A stretch of DNA of 64,000 nucleotides from a bacterium HR30. GTDB taxonomy: Bacteria > Desulfobacterota > Binatia > HRBIN30. Below, piece after piece: positions 56,055 to 64,000 of the stretch. The stretch is from positions 380-64,379 of the forward strand of contig BEIG01000002.1 of assembly GCA_002898795.1 (NCBI GenBank). The letters run 5' to 3'. A program made the position numbers and the translations under genes. The notes beneath the pieces are model-generated. The model saw nothing but the letters and a program-made list of their open reading frames with translations, did no database searches and was not told where the DNA came from. Every line of letters starts with the position of its first letter. Positions within the stretch are counted from its first letter, which is position 1.

Positions 56055-56487
56055 GAGCAGCGCGTGGGAAAGAGCGCTGCGTTGGCTCGGCCGACGCGAT
56101 CACTCCGTGCGCGAGACCACGGAGTACCTGCATCGGCAGGGATTTCCCGCGGAGGTGGTTTCGCACGTGGTCGAGCGCTTGTGTCGACAAGGGTATCTCG
56201 ACGATGGGCGGTTTGCCTTTAACCGCGCGGAATATTGGCTGCGGCGAGGCTACGGGCGGTTACGGGCGAAAGCAGACCTGGAGGGGCGTGGCATTGCCGA
56301 AAAGCACATTACCGAGGCGCTGAACTCGGTCTTCGAGTCCGAGGCCATGGTTGCCCGGGAGTTACTTCAACGGCGCTTCTCTGGAGTGGAGCAAGACGAA
56401 CGGGTGCGGGCTCGCGCTTATCGATTTTTAGTTGCGAGGGGATTTCCGGAGGCGCTCCTCGTGGTGATTCTGGGTGAACCCTGCTAA
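55978..56487 (+). CDS. recX: RecA regulator RecX
   Basis: Three-helix repeats ALRWLGRRDHSVRETTEYL...ERLCRQGYLDDGRFA...RFLVARGF. The start is uncertain: ATG 55978 overlaps pilT by 77 nt. Confidence 0.7.
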   Translation: MIPVGMTSKGGKGLAERRPSKSSGSESSAWERALRWLGRRDHSVRETTEYLHRQGFPAEVVSHVVERLCRQGYLDDGRFAFNRAEYWLRRGYGRLRAKADLEGRGIAEKHITEALNSVFESEAMVARELLQRRFSGVEQDERVRARAYRFLVARGFPEALLVVILGEPC

Positions 56488-56500
56488 TGCCCGCTAAAGA

Positions 56501-59146
56501 ATGACCGGAGCCCAGATCCGATCGAAATTCGTCGAATTCTTCCAGCAGCGGGGCCACGAGTTCGTGCCGAGCGCCTCGTTGATCCCGGAGAGCGATCCGA
56601 CCTTGCTCTTTACCAACGCCGGCATGGTGCAGTTCAAGAACGTGTTCCTGGGCACCGAACGGAGGGCCAACCCACGAGCCGTGAACTACCAACGCTGCCT
56701 GCGGCTTTCGGGAAAGCACAACGACCTCGAGGAAGTTGGGCACGACGGTTACCACCACACCTTTTTCGAGATGCTCGGGAATTGGTCCTTTGGCGATTAC
56801 TACAAGCGGGAAGCGATCGCCTGGGCGTGGGAACTCTTGACCCGCGAGTGGGGCCTGCCCAAGCAAGTGTTGTACGCGACCGTGTTTCGGACGGACGACG
56901 AGGCTGCGGAGCTGTGGCGCGAGGTTACGGATATCGCCCCGGACCGCATCCTGCGCTTCGACGAAAAGGACAACTTTTGGGAAATGGGCGAGGTGGGCCC
57001 GTGCGGCCCTTGTTCGGAAATCCACATCGATCGCGGGCCGGCGCTGTGCGATCGCCAACACGTGCCGGGTCATGTTTGCGCCGTCAACGCCGGCTGTGCC
57101 CGGTTCATCGAGCTGTGGAATCTCGTGTTCATCCAGTACAACCGCGATGAGGCAGGCGAACTCCAACCCTTGACCGCACGCCACGTCGATACGGGCATGG
57201 GCCTGGAACGAGTGACCGCAGTTCTTCAAGGGGTTCCCTCGAACTACGATACAGACTTGTTTCGCCCCTTGATTGCTTTTGTAGAGGCTGCTTCGGGCCG
57301 GCGCTACGGGGCCTCGGAGGCCGATGACGTTGCCTTCCGCGTCATTGCCGACCATAGCCGAGCGTTGACGTTTCTGGTGGCCGACGGGGTGCGCCCATCG
57401 AACGAAGGCCGTGGGTACGTTTTACGTCGGGTGTTGCGCCGAGCGGCTCGTCACGCACGACACCTCGGTTTTCGCGAGCCATTTCTGTGCAAAATGGTGG
57501 GGCCGGTGCTTGCCGTGCTGGGCGAGGCCTACCCGGAAACTCGAGGGCAGCAAGCGGAAATCGAACGCGTGCTCCGCGAAGAGGAAGAGCGCTTTTCGGA
57601 AACCTTGGACAAGGGCCTCGAGCTTCTCGAGGAGGAAAAGCGACGCCTGCGTGCCCGTGGCTCTACCGTGCTGCCGGGCGAGGTGGCCTTTCGGTTGTAC
57701 GACACCTACGGCTTCCCCCTCGACATGACGCAGGACATTTTGCGCAGCGAAGGCCTAAGCGTCGACACCGAAGGTTTCACCCGGTGTATGGAGGAGCAGC
57801 GGCAGCGTGCCCGGGAAGCGCGCCGGGCCGCCCTGAACCAGAGCGAGCTGGTTGCCGAAGCCTTTGCCATCGAGGCGTCGTTGGAGAGCAGATTCCTGGG
57901 GGACTTTTTGTACGAGGCCGAGTCCGAGATTCTCGCCTTGCAAAGTCGTGGCGACCTGCGACGCGAGGTGCGCGCGGGCGAGCCCGTGCACGTGGTGGTG
58001 GCGGAGACACCTTTTTATCCGGAGGGCGGCGGACAAGTCGGCGACAGCGGCTGGATCGAGAGCGAGCACGGGGATCTGATCGAGGTGTACGATACGCAAA
58101 AGGCTCGTGGCAACTTGATCGTGCACGTTGGTGAGGTGCGCCGCGGGGCGTTCCAGGTGGGCCAGCGCGTGAAGTTGCGGGTCGACCGCCAGCGGCGCGA
58201 CGCCGCGCGACTCAATCACTCGGCGACGCACATTTTGCACGCCGTGCTGCGCGAGCAGCTCGGCCGGGAAGTGCGGCAAGCTGGCTCCCTCGTGGCGCCG
58301 GACCGCTTGCGTTTCGATTTCACCTATCAGGGCCCGGTAGGCGAGGAGCGCTTGGCGGCCATCGAGCGGGAAGTGAACGCGCGCATCCGTTGGAACGATC
58401 CAGTGTGGGCAGAGGAAATGCCCTACGAGGAAGCCCTCAAAGCAGGGGCCTTGGCCTTTTTCGGCGAGAAGTACGGCGACATCGTTCGGGTGATCCGTAT
58501 TGGGGAGTACTCCACGGAGCTTTGCGGGGGCACCCACGTGCGGCGCAGCGGTGACATTGGATTGTTCAAGATTCGCGCCGAGGAAGGCGTGGCTGCCGGC
58601 GTGCGCCGTATCGAGGCGCTGACGGCCGAGGGCGCATGGCAATGGCTGCAGCACCGCGAGCAGGTGCTGGAAAAAGCTGGGGCATTGCTGCGGGCACCGG
58701 AGGAAGAATTGGCCGAGCGGCTGGAAAAACTGCTCGCCCAACAGCGCGAGTGGGAACGGCAATTGCGGCAGTTACAAAGCCAGCTTGCTGCGCGTCAAAC
58801 GGAGGTTTTATTGGCCAAGGCCCGCAACGTGAACGGTGTACGGGTACTGGCCGAAGAGGTCGAGGGGCTGGACGACGCGGGTCTGCGCGACCTGGCGGAT
58901 CAGTTGCGCCAGCGGCTCGGTTCCGGCGTCGTCGCTTTGGGCACCCGGCGCGGTGAGCGAGCTCTGTTGCTGGTGGCGGTCACCAAGGACCTTGCGAGCC
59001 GCTTTCCCGCCGGCAAAATTATTCAGCGTGTTGCCCCGTTGATTGGCGGCGGCGGAGGTGGCAAACCAGAGTTGGCACAAGCGGGGGGAAAACACCCAGA
59101 AAAATTACGACAAGCCTTGGAGGCGGTTTTCGAAATTGTCGCTTGA
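56501..59146 (+). CDS. alaS: Alanine--tRNA ligase
   Basis: 881 aa; class II core, editing-domain HxxxH...CGGTH motif, and C-terminal DHHA1 domain. Confidence 0.95.
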   Translation: MTGAQIRSKFVEFFQQRGHEFVPSASLIPESDPTLLFTNAGMVQFKNVFLGTERRANPRAVNYQRCLRLSGKHNDLEEVGHDGYHHTFFEMLGNWSFGDYYKREAIAWAWELLTREWGLPKQVLYATVFRTDDEAAELWREVTDIAPDRILRFDEKDNFWEMGEVGPCGPCSEIHIDRGPALCDRQHVPGHVCAVNAGCARFIELWNLVFIQYNRDEAGELQPLTARHVDTGMGLERVTAVLQGVPSNYDTDLFRPLIAFVEAASGRRYGASEADDVAFRVIADHSRALTFLVADGVRPSNEGRGYVLRRVLRRAARHARHLGFREPFLCKMVGPVLAVLGEAYPETRGQQAEIERVLREEEERFSETLDKGLELLEEEKRRLRARGSTVLPGEVAFRLYDTYGFPLDMTQDILRSEGLSVDTEGFTRCMEEQRQRAREARRAALNQSELVAEAFAIEASLESRFLGDFLYEAESEILALQSRGDLRREVRAGEPVHVVVAETPFYPEGGGQVGDSGWIESEHGDLIEVYDTQKARGNLIVHVGEVRRGAFQVGQRVKLRVDRQRRDAARLNHSATHILHAVLREQLGREVRQAGSLVAPDRLRFDFTYQGPVGEERLAAIEREVNARIRWNDPVWAEEMPYEEALKAGALAFFGEKYGDIVRVIRIGEYSTELCGGTHVRRSGDIGLFKIRAEEGVAAGVRRIEALTAEGAWQWLQHREQVLEKAGALLRAPEEELAERLEKLLAQQREWERQLRQLQSQLAARQTEVLLAKARNVNGVRVLAEEVEGLDDAGLRDLADQLRQRLGSGVVALGTRRGERALLLVAVTKDLASRFPAGKIIQRVAPLIGGGGGGKPELAQAGGKHPEKLRQALEAVFEIVA

Positions 59147-60197
59147 ATTCGAGTTGGTAACGCCCAGTGAAGAAACCCGGGAGCTCGAGCTGAGCTTTCC
59201 GAACCCGCGCGTTTTTCAAGATTTGCTCGGCCAACACGACGAGCACGTAAAGACGGTCGAACGTTTGGTGGGAGTGCGCATTGGCGTCAGCGGTACCTCT
59301 CTTCACATCAGCGGAGATTCCGTGGCATGCGAGCTGGCCGCCCGCGTGCTGAGCCAGCTCTACAGCGTGGTGGAAAAGGGCTATCCGATTTACGCGAGCG
59401 ATGTCGACTATGCCGTGCGCATCCTCAGCCGCGATCGCAACGCGAACCTGCGAGACATCTTTCTCGACACCATCTACATCTCCTCTCACAAGCGCATCAT
59501 CACGCCGAAGAGCATCGCGCAGAAAGAGTACATCGACGCGATTCGGGAGTACGACATCGTCTTCGGCATCGGCCCCGCCGGCACGGGGAAGACGTACCTC
59601 GCCATGGCCATGGCCGTTGCCGAAATCATGAAGAACAACTTCGCTCGGATGATCTTGACCCGTCCCGCTGTGGAGGCGGGCGAGAAGCTCGGTTTCTTGC
59701 CGGGCGACCTGGTGGAAAAGGTCAACCCCTACTTGCGCCCGCTTTACGATGCCTTGCATGACATGGTGGATTTCGACCGCGCCCAGAAAATGATCGAACG
59801 GGGCGTGATCGAAGTGGCCCCTCTGGCGTTCATGCGCGGCCGCACCTTGAACGATTCCTTCGTCATCTTGGACGAAGCCCAGAACACCACGAGCGAACAA
59901 ATGAAGATGTTCCTGACCCGCTTGGGCTACGGATCGAAAGCGGTCATTACGGGCGACGTCACGCAGATCGACTTGCCTGCGGGCCGTGCCTCTGGCCTCA
60001 AGGAAGCACAGCAAGTGTTGCGCGGTGTCGAGGGGATCAAGTTCATCTTGTTCAGCGAGCGCGATGTCGTACGACATCGTTTGGTACAAGACATCATTGC
60101 CGCTTACGACCGATACGAGAGCCAGCGCCAGGCGGAACGGGCTGCGGCCAAACCCGCCAACGGTTCGGATCGTGCCGACGATGGCAAGCAGGATTGA
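59136..60197 (+). CDS. phoH: PhoH-like ATPase with N-terminal KH domain (YbeZ-like)
   Basis: Walker A GPAGTGKTYLAMA, PhoH motifs ...VLDEAQNTT.... TTG start proposed at 59136 overlapping the alaS stop. Confidence 0.8.
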   Translation: MSLEFELVTPSEETRELELSFPNPRVFQDLLGQHDEHVKTVERLVGVRIGVSGTSLHISGDSVACELAARVLSQLYSVVEKGYPIYASDVDYAVRILSRDRNANLRDIFLDTIYISSHKRIITPKSIAQKEYIDAIREYDIVFGIGPAGTGKTYLAMAMAVAEIMKNNFARMILTRPAVEAGEKLGFLPGDLVEKVNPYLRPLYDALHDMVDFDRAQKMIERGVIEVAPLAFMRGRTLNDSFVILDEAQNTTSEQMKMFLTRLGYGSKAVITGDVTQIDLPAGRASGLKEAQQVLRGVEGIKFILFSERDVVRHRLVQDIIAAYDRYESQRQAERAAAKPANGSDRADDGKQD

Positions 60198-60232
60198 AGG
60201 CCCACGGCCCCTGCCTTGTTCGTGAGGGCGAC

Positions 60233-60688
60233 ATGGTCGTGACCATTGTCGCGACTCGCCGTAGGCGTGGCGTGCGCCTGCGCGCTTTGCGTTCCGCTCT
60301 GCAGCGAGCGCTCGAACTCCTGGGAGAGGCTGACGCAGAAGTGTGCGTGAGCCTTGTCGGCGACGGCGAGATTCGCGCCCTCAATGGGCGCTACCGCGGC
60401 AAGGACAAAGCGACAGACGTGCTCGCGTTTGCCTCGCGCGAGGGAGAGCGCGTGCCGGGGGACGAGGACTGGCTTGGCGACATTGTCATTTCCCTCGATA
60501 CGGCCCAGCGGCAAGCCCAAGAGCAAAAGCACAGCTTGAGTCAGGAGCTCACCAGGCTCGCCATCCACGGCTTGCTCCACTTGCTCGGATACGACCATGA
60601 ACGCTCTGCCGCCGAGGCCCGCAAGATGCGACGCAAAGAGAAGTGGTTGCTCGAAGCACTTGCCAGTACGGAAGGCGAGGGAGCTTAA
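60233..60688 (+). CDS. ybeY: Endoribonuclease YbeY (rRNA maturation factor)
   Basis: Zn-binding motif HGLLHLLGYDH. Confidence 0.85.
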   Translation: MVVTIVATRRRRGVRLRALRSALQRALELLGEADAEVCVSLVGDGEIRALNGRYRGKDKATDVLAFASREGERVPGDEDWLGDIVISLDTAQRQAQEQKHSLSQELTRLAIHGLLHLLGYDHERSAAEARKMRRKEKWLLEALASTEGEGA

Positions 60689-61063
60689 CCGTCTCGTTTT
60701 GGCCTCGGCGGAGGCGAGGGCCGCAGCGCCAATGGAGCCAACCGAACGGAGGGAAAAGGGGACCTAAATGGAGGGAACTCCGTAGAAGCCTTTGGCAGAG
60801 GGTTTTGGGGTGAGGCCACTGCGGCGCAAAATGGGAGTTGGTCCACTCTCTCCCTTCGGGAGCGGGTGACCCAAAGGAGGTGGTCACGGCCCCGCGGCGC
60901 AACTCGATTCGCCCGAGTTCCTGGTCGCAACCCCACGATCCATGTCCGCGCTTTGCACCTCGGCTTGGCCCTGCGCTGGAACGACGAAAAAGAGTTCTCC
61001 ACGGGCACCGCGTCTCTTGAGCAGGCGCGGCCTGTGAATTAATGGTGCCTGCAAGGCGCGCTA

Positions 61064-62398
61064 ATGGCGGGAAGAGAAGGCGGGGCTGCCGATGGGTTAA
61101 GGGTCCGAAGGGGGGAAAGAAACCACCAGAATTACCGTCTCTATCAGCGCAGGCTTCTCGGTAACGAAATTGGCCGCGTCGCGGCCGCGTTACTTGCGAT
61201 CACTCTTCTTTTCGTCGTCTTTGTCGCATTCTTTTCGGGGCCACGGCTTGGGGAAGACTGGCCCTGGCTTGCGGTTTTGATCGCAGCGCCAGTGGCGTGC
61301 CTCGGGTTGGTGTACCTCCGGGTTTCCACCAAATGGCCTTACCTGTTAGCCCTGGGAACGGATGCGGGCTACACGATCGGAATCGTCGCTGGGCTTTTGT
61401 TTCCGAGCACGCCCACTTCGGGAACTGCCTTGTTCGTTTCGGTGAAGATGCTCGCCAGCGCCATGCTGCTACCGTGGCACCCAGCAGCACAAGCAGCTTC
61501 CGCCGCGATGACGTTAGCCTTGTACTGGCTGGTTGGCTGGCACACTGAAAGGTTTGTTTGGCAACACAGCGACTTTCCGCATCAGGTTACCGGGCCGCTA
61601 TTCGCCGGCATCGTGAGTGTCGTGGCAGCCTTACGCAGTGAGCGCTTGCGCCGCGACCTGTTTGCCGAAACCCAAGTGGCCGAACAGCGGGCCGAAACCA
61701 ATGCACGTTTTGCTGCCATCCTCTCGCACGAGCTGCGCAATCTGCTCGCCGGGGTATTGGGATACGGCGAGATGCTGCGCGACAGTATCGAGCTGACCTC
61801 CGAGCAGGCCAAAGCGCGCGAGACCATCGAAAGGCAAATTGCGTTGGCCCGGCAAGCGCTGGAAGCGATTCAAGTGGCGTTGGATTTGAGCCGCGAGCAG
61901 GCCCTGGCGCGAGGCGACAAGCAGGCACTGGATGAAGTGTGGCAAGATTTGCAAAAAGAATATGCGCTGCGCGTAATCCCGCCGACCGTGGTCCTGCGTT
62001 GGGACATATCCCCCGATTTGCCGAGTACTCTCGTGGATACCACGAAGCTAAAGCTCGTCGTGCGCAACTTGGTCGATAATGCGTTGAAGTTTACGCCGAG
62101 GGGCGAAGTGCGGGTGCGCGTGCGGGCCAGCTTCGACGAGCTCACCATCGACGTCTCTGACACGGGCATTGGTATTCCCCCCGAGAAGCAGCCTTTTATT
62201 TTCGAGCCCTTTCGTCGGGCTGCTCCGGAAGAGTTTTCTCAAGGCATCGGGCTTGGCCTGTACATCGTGAGCCGATTGGTCGAGGCTCTCGGCGGCACGA
62301 TCCGGGTGGAAAGCACAGTCGGCCAAGGAACGACGTTCGAGGTCCGCATCCCCCTGACGGTTTCCCCGCCTGAGGGCGGAACCGGCTCAGGCAGCTAA
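61064..62398 (+). CDS. Membrane sensor histidine kinase (orphan; no adjacent response regulator)
   Basis: About 6 TM N-terminus; H-box LSHELRNLL; N/G1/G2 boxes (VRNLVDNALKFT, DTGIGIP, GIGLGLYIV). The start is uncertain. Confidence 0.8.
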   Translation: MAGREGGAADGLRVRRGERNHQNYRLYQRRLLGNEIGRVAAALLAITLLFVVFVAFFSGPRLGEDWPWLAVLIAAPVACLGLVYLRVSTKWPYLLALGTDAGYTIGIVAGLLFPSTPTSGTALFVSVKMLASAMLLPWHPAAQAASAAMTLALYWLVGWHTERFVWQHSDFPHQVTGPLFAGIVSVVAALRSERLRRDLFAETQVAEQRAETNARFAAILSHELRNLLAGVLGYGEMLRDSIELTSEQAKARETIERQIALARQALEAIQVALDLSREQALARGDKQALDEVWQDLQKEYALRVIPPTVVLRWDISPDLPSTLVDTTKLKLVVRNLVDNALKFTPRGEVRVRVRASFDELTIDVSDTGIGIPPEKQPFIFEPFRRAAPEEFSQGIGLGLYIVSRLVEALGGTIRVESTVGQGTTFEVRIPLTVSPPEGGTGSGS

Positions 62399-63730
62399 CT
62401 CACCGAACAAAGTGTGGGAGTTTGCCTCCCGCACGGCAACCGTGACGACCGAACCCGGCACCGGCGGCTGAGGGGCAGGAAAGACACAGGTCTTGAACTG
62501 CGGGGTCTTTCCGGCAGTCCATCCTGCTTTCTTGCGAGCTGGCCCCTCCACCAAGACTTCCACCCTTTTTCCAACCCAGGCCTGGTTACGCTCGTGAGCG
62601 ATGGCCTCTTGCAGCGCAATCACCTCGCGCAGCCGGCGCAGCTTTTCTTCGGGAGACACGGTCTCTGGCCAACGTGCTGCTTTGGTCCCGCTGCGGGCGG
62701 AGTACTGGAACATGAAAGCTTGATCGAACTTGACTTCCCGTAAGAGCCTCAAGGTAGCCTCGAAGTCCTGCTCGGTCTCACCCGGAAATCCCACGATGAT
62801 GTCCGTGCTCAAGGCCATGTCGGACCGCACGTTGCGCAGTTTCTCCACCAGCCGAAGGTACTGCTCCACCGTGTACCCTCTTGCCATGCGGTGTAAGACG
62901 TGGTCCGAGCCAGACTGCACCGGTAAGTGTACCTGTGGGCAAACCTTGGCACACGTGGCCATGGCCTCGAGAGTGGCTTCGCTCATGTCTGCCGGGTGCG
63001 GAGAGGTAAACCGAATCCGGAGCAAACCGGGCACTTCGTTCGTTCGCCGCAGGAGTGTGGCGAAGTCCACCTCGCCGTCGTGATACGCATTGACGGTTTG
63101 GCCCAAATACACCACCTCGCGAAAGCCTTGCTCGGCCAACTGCTGCACCTGGCGCAAAACGACGCCCGCCGGCACGGAGCGCTCACGGCCGCGCACGAAC
63201 GGCACGACACAGAAGGTGCAAAATTTGTTGCAACCCCGCATGATCGTGACCCACGCGCGGACACCTGCCTCCCGGTGCGGCTCTAGGTCCGCATAGGTCT
63301 CGGAGCGATCGAGCCGGACGTCAATGTACGGGTCCCGCCCGCTTTCTTGCAGTACCTCCGGCAAACGCCGATAAGCATCGGGGCCAACGACAAAGTCCAC
63401 GAACGGCAGCCGCTCCAGCAGCCGGTCGCGCACGTGCTGCGCCATGCAGCCGACGATCCCTAGCTGCAAGTCGGGGCGGCGCGCCTTGTACCGGTACAAA
63501 TCTCCGAGCCGTCCAACGACTCGCTCTTCGGCATGCTCGCGAATGGCACAGGTATTCAGCAAGATCACGTCGGCCATGGCCGGGTCGCGCACGGGTTCGT
63601 AGCCGCAACGGCGGAACTGACCCAGCAAAAGCTCCGTGTCGGCAAGATTCATCTGACAGCCGTACGTCTCGATGTAGACGCGACGGCCGACCTCTAGACT
63701 GTGCTCGCGGAATTGGCTGCCCTCGCTCAC
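62387..63730 (-). CDS. miaB: MiaB-family tRNA methylthiotransferase (radical SAM)
   Basis: UPF0004 N-terminus VYIETYGCQMN, radical SAM CNKFCTFC, and C-terminal TRAM domain. Confidence 0.85.
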   Translation of the reverse strand: MSEGSQFREHSLEVGRRVYIETYGCQMNLADTELLLGQFRRCGYEPVRDPAMADVILLNTCAIREHAEERVVGRLGDLYRYKARRPDLQLGIVGCMAQHVRDRLLERLPFVDFVVGPDAYRRLPEVLQESGRDPYIDVRLDRSETYADLEPHREAGVRAWVTIMRGCNKFCTFCVVPFVRGRERSVPAGVVLRQVQQLAEQGFREVVYLGQTVNAYHDGEVDFATLLRRTNEVPGLLRIRFTSPHPADMSEATLEAMATCAKVCPQVHLPVQSGSDHVLHRMARGYTVEQYLRLVEKLRNVRSDMALSTDIIVGFPGETEQDFEATLRLLREVKFDQAFMFQYSARSGTKAARWPETVSPEEKLRRLREVIALQEAIAHERNQAWVGKRVEVLVEGPARKKAGWTAGKTPQFKTCVFPAPQPPVPGSVVTVAVREANSHTLFGELAA

Positions 63731-63809
63731 CGTGTCGCCTCGGATCGGTTGACGCTCGTGGGGCTGGCATATAACCGTAGAAGGGATTGCTCACAACGTG
63801 AGGACCCTC

Positions 63810-64000
63810 ATGGCTCAGGATAGTTTCGACCGGCTGGAAGCCTCGTTGCTGCTTTGCCCGCAGTGCCGCGTCGCAATGCCGGTACGGAAACGGCTTTTGT
63901 TGATTCTGCCGCAAGGCAACAAGTTCGAGTACGTGTGCACCCGATGCGGTGCCACGTGTGGCGACACGCTCGAGCCCGATCAGCCACCGGAAAGAAGGCG
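63810..64000 (+). CDS. Zinc-ribbon hypothetical protein (3' end beyond window)
   Basis: RBS GTGAGGA before ATG 63810; two CxxC pairs (CPQC...CTRC). Confidence 0.35.
   Translation, partial: MAQDSFDRLEASLLLCPQCRVAMPVRKRLLLILPQGNKFEYVCTRCGATCGDTLEPDQPPERR

Noticed and set aside
60689-61063. Possible tRNA/sRNA in the ybeY-kinase gap
   Set aside because: No tRNA cloverleaf signature (GTTCGA T-loop with paired stems) could be assembled by eye. Left unannotated.

Overview
High-GC bacterial chromosomal segment from the replication-origin neighbourhood. The housekeeping backbone is: nirBD (3' end), mnmG-rsmG-parA-parB flanked by two perfect parS sites, a czcCBA-like heavy-metal RND efflux operon, the F1/F0b half of the ATP synthase operon (atpF'-F-H-A-G-D-C), a TetR/acyl-CoA dehydrogenase cluster, gyrA-gyrB-dnaN-dnaA (minus strand) with DnaA boxes, hemL, the F0 half of ATP synthase (atpZ-I-B-E), pgpA, cinA-thpR-recA-(pilT)-recX-alaS, phoH-ybeY, a sensor kinase and miaB. 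Parts I cannot explain by ordinary genes are: (i) a REP/RAYT locus at 1.05-2.9 kb with about 15 copies of a 29-bp palindrome, tandem half-REP arrays and a RAYT Y1-transposase gene interrupted by its own REP and a frameshift; (ii) an AT-rich islet with an hsdS-like fragment; (iii) a 2.8-kb ORF-free, GC-rich divergent intergenic tract (9.03-11.87 kb) and a second 1.2-kb one (37.3-38.5 kb), which are candidate large structured RNAs or decayed loci; (iv) a compact cohesin/dockerin three-gene module with an ATGA-overlap or frameshift junction; (v) a split F-type ATPase operon with a Rieske protein and a tiny basic ORF appended; (vi) a radical-SAM gene plus a GH15-like lipoprotein. I found no CRISPR array, no rRNA and no convincing tRNA.
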